Assembly (NCBI RefSeq): GCF_009834535.1 | Contig: NC_045697.1 | Span: 67,024,001-67,088,000, forward strand | Direction of reading: 5' to 3' | Length of the DNA: 64,000 nucleotides | Source of the DNA: Camelus ferus | Taxonomy: Eukaryota | Shown: positions 1 through 13,240 of the stretch, in pieces | Position numbering within the stretch: position 1 is the stretch's first letter | Layout of the letters: each line of letters opens with the position of its first letter | Program-made: the position numbers and the translations under genes | The notes under the pieces: model-generated | Seen by the model: the letters and a program-made list of their open reading frames with translations, nothing else | Database searches by the model: none | Told to the model about the DNA's origin: nothing

Positions 1-294
1 ACTTGGATTATTGTTTTCTGTGGCATGAAAATCCTTACTGACAGAAAGAGCTAAATGTGGAAAAGATAGAATATTATACCAAAAGGAAGAAAACCAGATA
101 TTTGGTCCTTGCTTGTCCACCATCTTGAGTAATTTTGGGCAGGGCATAAAATTTCTCATTTTCTTAAACTATAAATTGATAAAAAAATAGATAACTCTTT
201 CCCAGTATACTTCACCAGACTGTTATCAGATCAAAAGAAATCTTTAAAAGAAGGTGCTTTTATAGACAGACTGTAGCAAAGACTGACAGCTCCT

Positions 295-640
295 TACATC
301 TTTTCAGGAATGCAACTGGACCACATTTTCCAGCTTCCTTTCTTTTAGAAGTTCTAGTCAATATAATGTGAGTGGAAGGAACATGTACATTTTTTTGCCA
401 AGCTGTTGAAGAAGCTGGTGGTTGTCCTCTTTGCTGTCTTTCCCTTTCTGCTGGCTGGATGCAGAAGAGAAAAGAAGCTTGAGAGAAGAATGGCAGAGCC
501 ACAAGATGGAAGGAGTCTGGGTACATGCCTGACCAAAGAGATCAGGCATGTTTCTGGGATTGTTATGTAAAACATCCTATCATGTTTGAGCCATTCTGTC
601 CTTGGAAGGGTCTAATTGTTACTGTAGCTTAGCATAATAC
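295..640 (+). mobile_element. MaLR LTR fragment (old MLT1 subfamily)
   Basis: Diagnostic MLT1 motif GGCAGAGCCACAAGATGGAAGGAGTCTGGG (492-521) and an LTR-end-like TTTGAGCCA...TTGTTACTGTAGC. Boundaries are approximate. Confidence 0.65.
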
Positions 641-3171
641 AGACTTAAATGATAGACTATAATATACTTGGCACACAATGGGTTTTCATAAATGACTATT
701 TAGCCAAGGCTAAATGAGTGAAGAAAATCTCACAATATTTTGTTATTTTTTTTTACCATGATTCAGTGCTTAGCTCCAAATTATTAATTTTTTAAAAAAT
801 GGCAACATCTTGTTAGAGACACAAAGAATTTCTAGTAATTTTGAGTTTTCAAATGTCTGAATGTGTGATTTTAATATCACACTCAAAATGCTATAAGACA
901 GTATAATTTGCTTATTATGGAACAAAAATATTTTCAAATGATGGGCTTGCAATATTTTTCAAAATACTACTCCTAACATAAATGTTGAACAAACTGATGT
1001 GAAAATCTAGGTCATAATGTTTAATTACTATTATAATTTTCTTCACAGTCAAACATCTCATTTTGATGTTTTCCCAAGAGATAGAAAAACTAAAACTTGA
1101 AATAGCAAAAGAGTGGTGCTTGATTCTGAATGTTGTGTGTAACTTGTAATGTCTTCATGTCCATTCTGCACTAGCATCACAAACAAAAAGAAAGAAGGAA
1201 AAATGATTGTTTCCTACCCCGAGCTCCAATCCCCTGAGATATTTATGTAACCATATAATACTGCCAACGGAACAAACAGCTTCAATCATGTGTCTGTTCA
1301 TATCTCCAGGCAAACTTTTGTTCTTTTCCCTTTCTTTTATAAATGTATTCCCTTCAAAGGATACATACCCTAGTGGATAAACAATCTCCATGGGAGAACA
1401 GGAAAGCTAGCTATTTAATATGTACAGTTCAGTGTCATGAGGTGTGGAATCACAGCAAATAATATTTTGTGAAGATACGCTAATAAACATGATGATATTT
1501 TCACGATTAGCCATGTTTTTAGTAAAAGGAAATTAATGGACAGGACTACTCAGTCTGAAGGATACATACAACATGCTGACAAACAAAACAGTTTCAGCAT
1601 AAAGTTGGTATGTTATATAGACAGTATACGTACACACTTGGCACCACTATATATATTTATATGCGTATCATTCATCTAGCATTTTCTTCTTACCTACAAG
1701 TTGGAATGCATTTACTTCATACCCTATGATAAGCCCATTTAGTCACATTTTTGTCAGATTCCACTTGCATAGGCAATGTTGAGTAAATCAGTGGTTAATA
1801 AATGTCCTTGGAAATATGTTTAAAGATAAATAGTGAACAGCTATATCTGACCATAAATGCATATTTTTACTCTCAGAATCTTAAAAGAAAGATAGTCTGA
1901 GCTATTACATACATATATGGAAAAAGATAAATAATTACAGAGCAATCATGTAAAAAGAGCCTGGTTTATTATTCCTTAATAGATATACTAGAGACAAAAA
2001 AGTAAAATGTTCTCACAATTATTCACAAAATTCTACTGCAAGAGAAATACCGAATGAGGATGAGTCACCCTTTCCATCGAAAGTGCTTTTTGTCACAATT
2101 CCACGGGCCTAGGGCACCGGTCCAGCACCACAGTGTGCAGAACTGCAGGACACTCAGAATACCAACCCTACTGTCCCCACTCTCATGGGCCTGCTCCAGC
2201 TGGCCACATGCACGCTTCTAATTTGCATCAAGGCAGTCTGACAAGCAGGCTGGGAAGACAACGGAGATGGAAATATAGATCAAGTACAAATAAAATATGT
2301 TCACCTTGAAAAACACAAATAAAACTTCTAGGTATTAAGGTACAGGGATGTATGTATTGAAAAATGAGAAGAATATAATCACTTCTTTCTCATCAATAAT
2401 TTTCATAAGCCCCTTTTGATTCTGCCCCAAACTTTCTCTATAACCCAATATTTATACACTCCCTACATCTACACTTACTAAAATAATATAGATTTGTGTC
2501 CCCTGCACATACCTCATAAATCTCAACCCATCCCCCCAAAGCTGGTTTCAGGTTTGTTTTAAAAATCTATCATGTGGGTGATCCCTTAGCAATACTTTGA
2601 AGTTCCATCCCTGTTAAAAGTGAAAAAGGATCTGGTGTCCCAAGAAGAGAAATGATGACAGTGCATGACTATTAGTTCATGTGTTCCCGACTAAGAAAGA
2701 AATCTCTGCTTAAAAAATTAGAACACATATGCCAAAGTTCAAAAAAAAAAAAAAAAAAAAGCAAACATAAAATTGAGAAGGTAAAAAGAAGCATATAAAA
2801 TCTTGCCAAAGGTTCATGTTTTACATAAAGCTGCAGTTGGGACTCCACAAAGGAAATCTCTGCACTTTTTATTTCTGGTTCAGAGGATTTACATGCTCTT
2901 TCTAATGATCTGGGCCTTCAGCACTGGGTAATGTCTCCCAGTCCCCAGCTTAGCACTCATGCAAAATTGAAGCACTTTGGAGGCAGTTTAGTAGCTGCAG
3001 ATGAATCTCAATGTGCAGGAAAAGGCATAATGGCTGTTTAGCACTTGCTAGGAGAAGCTGAGGAAATCAGGGGGAAAAATCTATTGAACTTAAGCCATCT
3101 GGGAAGCCAACTGAGAGTGACTGCATTAACAACGTGTTTACATTCCCATTGTGTTGCCAGGCCAAGCAAAA

Positions 3172-3224
3172 GTGTGTGTGTGTGTGTGTGTGTGTTGTGT
3201 GTGTGTGTGTGCGCGCGCGCGTGT
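3172..3224. repeat. Compound (GT)n-(GC)5 microsatellite
   Basis: Directly visible alternating purine-pyrimidine run with one TT interruption at 3195-3196. Confidence 0.95.
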
Positions 3225-3550
3225 CTATGTGTGTAGAGGAAATTATCAAGTGAGGCTCTTTTGGTTGTACTGGCTATTTTGATTTGGTTTTGGCAACCAC
3301 GTGGGGAAAGAATTTTCATGAGAAATGTGGCTGCGAGAATTCTCAGGTCTCCATGAGACAGGACAACTGTTGGAGTGCAGAGGCTGGCAAGGATGCCGTG
3401 TCGGAGAAAAGTGAGCGATACGTGGGAGCCTGGCTGTGCAGCTCTTCCCTGCATCTGGCCCACGGTACAACACAACAGATTGGGAGAGGCTTCAGAGGGC
3501 CAGTAAAGAACACCAGGGAATGCTGTTGTTGCCTGTTACATTTGTAGTTA

Positions 3551-3590
3551 TACTGACTAATTGAGGGAAATACTGACTAAATGAGGGAAA
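3551..3590. repeat. 20-bp tandem duplication
   Basis: TACTGACTAATTGAGGGAAA / TACTGACTAAATGAGGGAAA, one mismatch. Confidence 0.9.
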
Positions 3591-3673
3591 ATAGTCAGGT
3601 AAATGCCTTCCCTTTCAGCCCCACCATCCCTATTCATGCTTCCACCACCATGGCCTTTTTTGGGGTCATGGTA

Positions 3674-4640
3674 TTTAATAGATTATTATTTAGAGCAGTT
3701 TTAGGTTCCCAGCAAAATTGAAAGGAACAGAAATTTCCCATATACTTCCTGCTCCCATACACCCATAGCCTCCCCTATTATCGCTATCCCCAACCAGAGT
3801 AGTACATTTTTTACAATTGATGAGCCTACATTGACACATCACCAACCAAAGTCCACAGTGCACATGAAGGCTCACTGTTGGTGTTGTACAGTCTATGGAT
3901 TTGGATAAATGTATAATGATATGTATCCACCAGTATAGTCTCATACAGAGTGGTTTCACAGCCCTAAAAACCCTCTGTTCTCTACCCGTTCATCCCTCCC
4001 CTCTCCAGCAGCCACTGATTTTTTATAACTGTCTCTGTAGTTGTGCCTTTTCCTGAATGTCATATAGTTGAAATCATAGAGTATGTAGCCTTTTCAGATT
4101 GACATCTTTCATTTAGTAATATGATTCTTCCATATCTTTTTTCATGACTTGACAGCTCATTTTTTTCACCACTGAATAATACTCTGTTGTCTGGATGGAA
4201 TAAAGTTTATTTATCCATTCACCTACTGAAGGACATCTTGGTTGCTTCCAAGTGTTGGCAATTATGAATAAAGTTGTTATAAACATCCATGTTTTTGTGT
4301 GGATGTAATTCTTCATCTCCTTTGGGTAAATACCAAGCAGTGCAATGGCTATATCGTATGGTAAGAGTATGTTCTGTTTTGTGAAAAAGTGCTAAACTGC
4401 CTTCCACGTGGCTGTACCATTTTGCTTTCCCACTGGCAATAGATGAGAGTTCCTCTTGTTCCACATTCTTGCCAGCACTGGTGGTGTCAGTGTTCTGAAT
4501 TTTGGCCATTCTAATAGGTTTGGAATGGTATCTCATTGAGTCAATTTGCATTTCCCTGATGACATTTGATATGGAGTATCTTTTCATTTGCTTACTTGCC
4601 ATCTATATATTTCCTTGGTGAGGTGTCTATTAACGTTCAC
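3674..4640 (-). mobile_element. 5'-truncated L1 (L1MC1-like 3' end plus ORF2 C-terminal remnant)
   Basis: Minus-strand ORFs 4219-4602 and 4113-4316 give L1 ORF2 C-terminal motifs (IREMQI..MRYH..PIRMAKI; WKQPRCPSVGEWINKL). The 3' UTR ends ...GAACCTAAAACTGCTCTAAA, as in L1MC1. Confidence 0.9.
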
Positions 4641-4694
4641 TGCCCTTTTGAACTGTCACTTTAAGTGACTTTTTCTTGACAGATGTTTGGTGAC

Positions 4695-5140
4695 TGTAGT
4701 GGGCTGAATGGTGGCTCCCAACAAGATCATGTCCACACAGGAATCCCCAGAACAGGTGAATGTTATCTTATTTGGCAAAAGGGTCTTTGAAGATGTAATT
4801 AAATTAAGGATTTTGAGATCCTGAATAATCCAGTTGGGCCCTAAATCCAGTGATAAGTGAACTTATAAGAGACCTACAGAGAAGACTGACAAAGAAGAGA
4901 AAGTGATGTGAAGACAGAAGCAGGGACTGAAGTGATGCAGCCAGAAGCCCAGGAATGCCGGGCAGCCACCAGAAGCTGGACGAGCCAAGGAACGGATTTT
5001 CCTCTAGAGCCCCCAGAGGGAGTGTGGCTCTGCTGGATTTCAGGCTTCTAGCCTCCAGAACCATAAGACAATAAATTTCTGTTCTTTTAAGCCACAAATT
5101 TCATAGTAATTTATTGTGGCAGCCCTAGGAATCTAACATA
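4695..5140 (+). mobile_element. Full-length solo MaLR LTR (MLT1C/D-like)
   Basis: Starts TGTAGTGGGCTGAATGGTGG and contains TTATTTGGCAAAAGGGTCTTTG and AATAAATTTCTGTTCTTTTAAGCCAC. Ends GCCCTAGGAATCTAACATA. Perfect 5-bp TSD GTGAC at 4690-4694 and 5141-5145. Confidence 0.92.
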
Positions 5141-5824
5141 GTGACTAAAGGGATTTCTCTGTCTCTACACTCAAAGAGTAGACTCAAGAATCTGACAGAG
5201 CAAAAAGGTGAGGAAAGGCTATCTGCCATGCGGTGTTTTTCTAGTTCACAAATACCCCACGGAATGGATGCGGGGAGGTAGCCTTTTAGACACTAACGTC
5301 ATTTCATGCAGAGGACATCATTGTCTAGGATCAGCAAGGCTGTAGCTATAAAAAGGGGCATGTCATTCACTCCCTGCCATTCCTGGAATTGCCTTGTACA
5401 GAACATTCCCCTGAGTTTTTCCAGCTAAATTTTAATTCACTCAAGCCCCAGAGCTCCCCCCTCTTCTCTCAGGAGGCTGCTATCTCTCAGCTTGAGAAGT
5501 TTAATAGGCAGAGACAGGAGAAAGGATATTGAAGAAAGAAGGGGCTCTCCACTGTGTAACTCTATACCATGGAACTATCAAGGGGTTTCACAAGTTTATT
5601 CTCATAATGAAAGGAGAACCCAAGCAAATGGGAAAGCCTGCTTTTTTTCACTCTCTTCTCCCTCCTCTATTTTGCCCTCTCTGGACTATGATCTCCTTAA
5701 ACGCAGCAGGTCTTAGTTTTATCTCTGCTTATAGCACCAAGTACAGTATCTTGGTCATATTTTTTGAATATAAAGTCTACGTACTTCCTCTGTGCTGCAT
5801 TTTCACAACAGTGTCTCCTCATGT

Positions 5825-6008
5825 CTGGTTTTCAAGCCTGGCTGTACATTAGCATTACTAGTGAGTTTAAAACAAACAGATAAAGAAAAAGCTATGCCCT
5901 GTTCCCAATTCAATCTTCCTCTCTCGGGGTGGGGCCAGGACATAGGTATTTTCAAAAATCCCCCACTGGGGATTGTCAAATGCAGTCAGGGTTGACAGCA
6001 AATGCCCT
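5825..6008. mobile_element. MER5-family hAT-Charlie MITE
   Basis: GGTTTTCAAGCCTGGCTGTACATTAG...GGGTGGGGCCAGGACATAGGTATTTT...TGCAGTCAGGGTTGA resembles MER5A/B. Confidence 0.65.
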
Positions 6009-7163
6009 AATAGCTCCTTGTTGCTCTTGCTTTCATGTTCTTGGAGATTTCTTCCAAAACAGTCTTTTTTTTTTTTTTTTTAAATCAGGTTAAACCCTCA
6101 ATGAAATTAGGAATGAGTCTGAGATTTCCCTAATGTGAACTGCTTTTCATTGCAAGATATTATACTTCCTACACACTGTGCTTGCTTTTTTGCCAGACCT
6201 TGATATTTTGCTAATTGTTGCTCTCACGGTATACAAGCTGGTTTTGTATCTCCAAATTGCAGAGGAATTGACAAGAGTGGTTATTTCAACAGGCATCCTC
6301 AAGAGGGCTCTGAGAATCCCTAGCTAAGGGCTGACTCTCGATAGATGATACGTGGGGGCGAAGACTAACGAATCCAGCCTGAGTCAAGGCCTCTCCCCTC
6401 AAGTTTTTGCGTTAGATTATTTGTTGATTTATCATTTTCTAACTAAAAATTCTCTGTTGTGTTTTTGAAAATCCCTAAAAACAAGCAGGGTGAGGAGTGA
6501 GAAAGCAGTGCCAGAATTTTGAGCCAGTTGTTGGGAGAACACTGGATAGGAAGATTCAGCGATAGATTCAGAGCCTCAGATAGAATGGATAACAATTCAT
6601 GACATCACAGAAAAAGAAGGGTAACAACCCGGGTCATTATTGCATAATGATCCACCAGGTTTATTCACATTTACCACAACAGGTACAGACACTAAAAAAA
6701 GAACATTTAAGTTTTGAGAGTAAGACGTGCTCTTTAGGAAGATAACCCCCTTCTCTAAGCTGACACGGTTTTTTAAACTTCCTTAAGCAAGATGATCAAC
6801 CCATTTCATATTACACTCCGAAAATCTGTTTAGTATGTTCTTGTTCTTTATTTTCATGGTTCTCCTTAAAGCCCTCACACATTTTAGCCAAAGGTTAGAT
6901 TAAAAATACATTACAGCTTTTAACATTTGTCCTATTCTCACTCTGAAGTGGGCATATTAAAACTCTAAGCCACAGCATATGCACAGTTGCTGGGCACACG
7001 GCAAAATTGTTATAGCAACAAAATCACTGGTTTTGCTCCTGAAATGCCCTGTTTGGGCAGCAAGTCATCTAGATGAAGAACGGTCTTTGGATGCTTGTTT
7101 CTTATTGTAGCCTCAGTGTAAGCCCGGGGGTGGGTAGTATTTGATTTTCTCTTCTCAAAATTT

Positions 7164-7314
7164 GGGGGCAAGGGTATAACTCAGGGGAGAGGGTATCGCT
7201 CCAGTGGTGGAGCACATGCTTATCATGCACTAGGTCCTGGGTTTAATCCCCAGTACCTCCTCTAAAAATAAGATAAATAGGTAAAACCTAATTACCTCCC
7301 CCCTCCAAAAAAAA
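7164..7314 (+). mobile_element. Camelid tRNA-derived SINE (vic-1-like)
   Basis: tRNA-like head GGGGAGAGGGTATCGCTCCAGTGGTGGAGCACATGCTTATCATGCACTAGGTCCTGGGTTTAATCCCCAGTACCTCC with A/B boxes. Tail AAACCTAATTACCTCCCCCC plus oligo-A. TSD-like AAAATTTGGG (7157) / AAAATCTGGG (7311). Confidence 0.85.
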
Positions 7315-9443
7315 TCTGGGAAGACACACATAAACACACCCACACACATTGCATATGTATGTACTTACATATCTACTTATATGCATATTCTTGACTACAC
7401 TGTACTAATCAATGCTTTCATCTTAGCTGTAGGAAGAAAAAGGAGTAATGCATTACAAGTAACCTTGCCCTAAGTGTTAATTGGCAGGGGAAAATTCCTT
7501 TGTGTTCATTACATTGAAAACTCTCATAGTATATAATTTTAGAAAATTTCTGTTTTCCTCTAATGAAACACAGCTAGCTAAAACTGCATTGAAAGGTGTA
7601 ATATTTTCTTGGCTCTACTTTGCAATCATGTTCTGGGCTATATCTGTTTAAAAAAAATACAGGTATTACATTTTTCTATCAGTGTGTAATTCAAACATTA
7701 AAAATCTTCCCCATGGGATATAACTAAATTAAAATCACACAGTTTTGCAAATATGGTGTAGTCGGGGTGTTTCAGAGTATGTGCAGAGTCCATAGCATTG
7801 GTATTTGCAAATATTGGAATTACAAAAACAAATGATGACAATAAAAACTTCAAGACAACGATATATTAGAAACAAAAGGATTCCAAATGTGTAGCCTAAA
7901 ATTTTTCAAGTATTCACTTTTGTTTTTAAGTTAGGAAAACAATGGAAACAAAAATCAAGTTTATACACAGTGAGAGAGCCCAAATCACTGAGCTAGCCAA
8001 GACTATCTGCACGCTAGAATGGAATGAAAGCAACAACTAAAATCCAAATTCTGGGACTCTGATCCAACTATATTTTTGTAACTGCAGCTGGGATTACGGT
8101 GGCCGTGTTAACCCAGGTGTTTAAATGCTTAAAGTCAATGTGAAGTTAGGATAAATCAATTGTGAGCACGAATGAAGAAAAAGGAAAGTATATATTTTGG
8201 GATAATTGATATTCTGTTATCAGTAACTGGTAACTACTGTCTTGCCAAGTTATCAGATTGACTCAGTGGAAAAGCTTTAATGTACTACATGGATCCTTGC
8301 CAATTTTCTATTTTTATTTTGGGGTCAGACTCATACTGAAAAGAAAAATCGTTAGTTTCTAGTATTGAAAGAAGGACCTCTGAGAAGGAAATCAGATAAA
8401 TAATTGATTTATATTCCAGAATCATTTATTTTACTTATCAGACAAATATATTACAAATATAAGACTCTATTCTTGCAAAGGCAAAATTCTCATTGACTTT
8501 AAATAAAAAACGGAATGAAGTTCAAACAGAGCTTCCAAATTTTATGCATCATTTACTAAAATTTAAACAAAGCTCACCTAACTTCCTTTTGAACATATTC
8601 ACTCTATTAATCAGAATTGATTTTAAAGTAATTGTTTTACATGGAGAATAACAATTGGTCTGATGTGTATATTTCATGTGTAACATAACTACTCTTGTAG
8701 AAGAGAAACTATAATTGGATCCAAATTTAAGTAAATTGTCTTGGCTAGCTGAGTGATTTGGGCTCTCTCACCTAATATCCCTTTGAAAATGTATGAGCAG
8801 CATTTTCTAAATCATGTCCTGGTGTAACAAATATCTAAAATTAGTAATAGGTCAGGAGGTGATCAGACCTACTTCCTAAGGTTCCATGTGATACAAGGAG
8901 GACCAGTAAGTCATGATAATAGAAAATTGATTACACTCACGTTAATTTAATTTAATGAGGAGCATACCAATAATTCATTGAGTAAAGAGTATTTTCATTT
9001 ATTTAACTTAAAAACAGAAGTGAATACTTGAAAAATTTTAGGCTACATATTTGGATTCCTTTTGTTTCTAATATATCATTGTCTTGAAGTTTTTATTGTC
9101 ATCGTTTGTCCACTTAAGTGTAAACGTTATGAGTTGAAGAGTCACCTCTGTGAATTCAGAAATCATGTCTGTCTTTTTCACTATTCTAGTTTTGTGCTTA
9201 ACTTGGTATTGGGTACTTAGTGGGTGCCCTATAAATGTGTTGTATGAAGTAATGTTCCTTTATTATCACCTTTCCCCAAAGCCAGCTCTGTTAAAATCCT
9301 ACTCCTTCTGAAAGAAGTATCTTAATGCAATATCATGGATGAATCTTTTTATAAAACCCCAAGTCATAACATAAACATGTCCACATTACACTTACTTGTG
9401 CTTCCATTTTCATTATACTCACAAATGGAAATGTCTATGTGTA

Positions 9444-9522
9444 TTATGTTAAACTATATGAAATTATCAATATTCAATTCTTTTTGAGGTACAGAATGGC
9501 AATTTCTTGTGATTCAGTATCA
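9444..9522. mobile_element. MADE2-like mariner MITE (~80 bp)
   Basis: TTATGTTAAACTATATGAAATTATCAATATTC...AATGGCAATTTCTTGTGATTCAG matches the recalled MADE2 palindrome and is flanked by TA. Confidence 0.7.
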
Positions 9523-10074
9523 TATGTTATTTATGAAAGTTATATTCATATCTATATAATCTCTGTCTCTTCAATTAGGTTGGAATGATATGGTATGGCC
9601 TATGTTTTGCAAAGTTGTGTCTTTTGTAAAGTTTATAAGCATTAAGCATGGGAGATGATGAATAAAAGTTTGTTTTGTGGGATTGTAGCCATTCATCTAC
9701 GAAATTTGGGTAACTGAAATTTAGTGATACATATTGATGATGTTTTTATTTGGACTATTTTGTGAGTAGGTGACTTGAGGAATGCATAAGGCTCACCTCT
9801 TGCTATTTTGCCAAATGTTAAATATCTTCATGAATATAAATAATCAAATTCTAAGCACTATCTTAATTATTACATTAAAGAATCACGAAGGGTCACATAT
9901 GAAAAACCTGACACAAGGCAAGGAAAGCAGATGAAAGCATGAAAGATAAATACTGAGCAGATTTTCTTCCCTGAGAAAAGGGATGATTGTATCACATAGC
10001 TCTTTTCTAGTCTAACTTAGTTCTGCATTCAACAGTTATGGCAGAATTTAGGGAAACACTGGCTACAGGGCCAA

Positions 10075-10262
10075 GGGCAGAGGCTTCGGAATCAGAGTCC
10101 TGGGTTCATATCCTCGCTCTGTCAACTCCTAGCTATGTAACTGGGGCAGATTAGTTTCTTTATTCTGCTGAGCCTCAGTGTTTTCATCTGAAAAAGGAGA
10201 ATCCCAAAATTATCTCCTAAGATTGCTGTGATGACTAAATGGCATTCAATATAAAGCTTGGA
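10075..10262 (+). mobile_element. MIR SINE
   Basis: GGAATCAGAGTCCTGGGTTCATATCCTCGCTCTG...CTGAGCCTCAGTGTTTTCATCTG core. Confidence 0.8.
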
Positions 10263-11449
10263 ACTCTTTTTATTGTTGTGTTCGTCCTATTGATAATATT
10301 CTGCTGATGTGAGAATAATGAAAGATGATAAGGGAAAACCTAGGGATTTCTAGAACTTCAAAACAACCAAGGTTTTCTAAACTCCCTTGCTTTTTGATAG
10401 AGCAGAATATTTACTTTTCAATGGTGAATCTTAGGTACCATGGAAACAAGGGTGGAAACGACTTTAAGTAAATAGAAAGCAAGCAGTCAAGTCTGAGTTT
10501 TTCTTAAAAATGTAACCATAAAATTTTGAGCACTTCAAGATTTCTATGGACTTTTGGAGAAACATAGGTATTTGTTACTATATTATCAAATCAAGAGCTT
10601 TCAAACAATGAACATTTCTAAACCATCTAATATACGCTGCTTTCTGCTTTTCTGTTTCCTATATTACGTATTTGCCAGAAATGCACCTGTGGTTTAAATA
10701 ATGGAAAAGCAAACAATAACAGTAATGAATGATCTTTAATCAGTACATTTTATGATCAATAGCATAGCTTTGCTCAGTGAGTATAAATAATCACTTACTT
10801 AATATTTCAGAGCAAAGAGAGCACACTGAATACCTTCATACTTTCAAAGGAAGAATTTTATGAGTTGGAGAGAAACTTTTGTTCTTTTTTTGTTGTTGTT
10901 TTATTGTAGTTTTTCAATGAAAAGATCTCTCATGGAGATTTTACTGAATGCAGTTGATTTTTCTTAGTTGCAAGGCAATGTATCTGATTGCCACTAAACA
11001 CACTTCCAGATATGATTACTCTGAGGTAGAAGTATCTATAAAAACAAACTTGTTTGCAGTGACTTCTCCCCGTCCTACCTTCTAATAACCAATTTGATAT
11101 TTTAAATGCCAAGAAAATTTCTCTGATTTGTAATATATTTCAAGACTTAATGTATTTGAACATTTCTTGATATTAAGAACCACTAAGGCCCACAACAAAA
11201 CTATACTCAGATTATATTAAATGGAGAAGTGACCAAAGTTTTGGGTGAATCTAACTTCAGAGGAAAAAACCCCAAAACCAAGCGTGCAATTTCAATTCCA
11301 TTCACAATTACCTGATCTCACAGGAAATCAAAGAACTCTAATACAAGAGTCCTACGAATCCCCTCGCTGTCCCCAGCAGTTGTACAGATTGGAGATTTAT
11401 GATAATAGGCAAAGAGATGCAATAAACTAGTTTGGGCTTTTAAAATTCA

Positions 11450-13240
11450 GGTTTCATTATCTATCACGAAAATAACACATTCACAGGACTGAACAAAAAT
11501 CAAACGATAAAAGAAGTCTCCTACCACCCCAGGTTCTGAGCTGTCAACTGCTTGTTTATTTCTCCAGAAAATCCCAGTGCACAGACAAATATATGCGCAT
11601 CCTCTTTCTTACTTAATAAGGATATATTGCATGCAATGTTCTGTACTTTGGTTTTTGCTTCAAATTTTATCAGAGAGATTTTTCTACAGCTTCACATGTG
11701 GAAAAACCTCATTGTTTTAAAAAGCAGCTAAGTATTCTATCCTAGAGATGAACAGCCCTCGATACAGTAATTGCAACAAGGATGCAGTGGACAACGTTGT
11801 CTGCAGGTCTTTGTGCTCATTGAGAATTTTATATTTACATAGTTCCTAAACTTGCAGTTACGGAGTGAAGGAGTATATACATTTAAATATTGATAAGTAT
11901 TTTCAAATTGGTCTTCAAAAGAGATTGTACCAATTTGCAACCTCATCAACAAAGTATGGGATACACCCTACCCAACCCCTTCATCAACATGGCATACTAA
12001 TGCTGTTTTGATCTTGACATTTTCTAAAATGCGTATTTACCATTTACGTTTCTTTTCCTACATCTCCATGTGCATGACTTGCTTGATTTTTTAGTGGGTT
12101 GCTGATCTTTTTCTTAAATATATTTTAAGAGCTAGTTATATATTAACTAAATCAGCCTTTTGATCAATATATGTCTGTCCCGTGGTTTTTGTGGTTTTCT
12201 TGCTTTGGATATTTAAATTTAATAATGCTTTCTTATAAGGCTTCTGGGTTTTGTCTTCATTAAAAGGGTTTTGATCACCACTGAAACCAACCAACCAATA
12301 AATTGCCAAAATTATCTCCTAGTGATGATGGTGATGATGACAATGATGATGATGATGATGATGATGTTAGGCCCTAACATCAAGAATTTATTTCATTCTA
12401 AAGAATGAGCTAGAATCCAAGCTTTATTTATTTTTTTACTTTTCCAACTGCATACCTTGTGGGTTGAAAAGCTACCTTCACCACATTTAAACATGCCTTA
12501 GATGCTTATTCCCTGGTTCCTATTTTAGCTCATTAATCTGTGTGTCAGGCTCTGCTAAGATTAAATTTTTAAAATTTCTTTAGTGTTATATTTATAAAGA
12601 GTTAAGATTCCCTTATTACACTACTATTTCAGAATTCTTCCAGCTATTTTCACAAATTATTTTTCATACAATGTTGGTGCCTTTATGAATTCATTTATAA
12701 ATAGCAAACATTAAAAAACATTGTCTTTCTATCCAAGAACAAAGTATGTCTTTCCACTTATTCAAGTCATATTTTTTTAACCTCTCAGTAGATTTAAAAA
12801 TTTTTTCTGAAATTCTGCAAATTTCTTATTAGCTTTGTATCTACATTTTTCATTTACATTGTTATTATAAATGTATATTCACATTTAATATCAATGTAAA
12901 TGACATACTTTATTCCATTATAATTTGAATTGCCTATCTGCTGTACTTAGAAAAGTTGATGCGTTATGTATATCTTTTATCAGCCACTTTGCTATATTGT
13001 CTTGATTTTTTTTCAATTTTTTCCTTTGAAACTATGTAAGTTCTCCAGATCTACAAAATTATAATATTTGTCCAAATGATCATTTCCCACTTACTTTATA
13101 ATTTTTATGTTTTTCAGTTGTTTGTCTTATCTAATTGCATTGACTAGTATGTTAAGTGCAATACCAAATAATGCTAGTAGTGGGCATCTCCATCTTTTTC
13201 CTAAATTTAAAGGTAATGCATTCACCTGGCTGCTAGCTTT
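11450..13240 (-). mobile_element. Highly decayed old L1 (L1ME-like) fragments
   Basis: T-rich antisense L1 motifs (GATTGTACCAATTTGCA; TCTATCCAAGAACAAAGTATGTCTTTCCACTTATTCAAGTC; GTAGTGGGCATCTCCATCTTTTTCCTAAATTTAAAGG). Confidence 0.65.
12323..12366. repeat. (GAT)n trinucleotide microsatellite, imperfect
   Basis: Directly visible. Confidence 0.9.

Noticed and set aside
3038..3475. 145-aa ORF with an HT repeat
   Set aside because: The open frame is extended by the (CA)n microsatellite, and I recognise no protein similarity.
4113..4602. ORFs resembling a protein-coding gene
   Set aside because: These are frameshifted remnants of the L1 ORF2 C-terminus.
7184..7260. tRNA gene
   Set aside because: It is the tRNA-derived head of a SINE, with disrupted stems, a SINE tail, oligo-A and TSD-like flanks.
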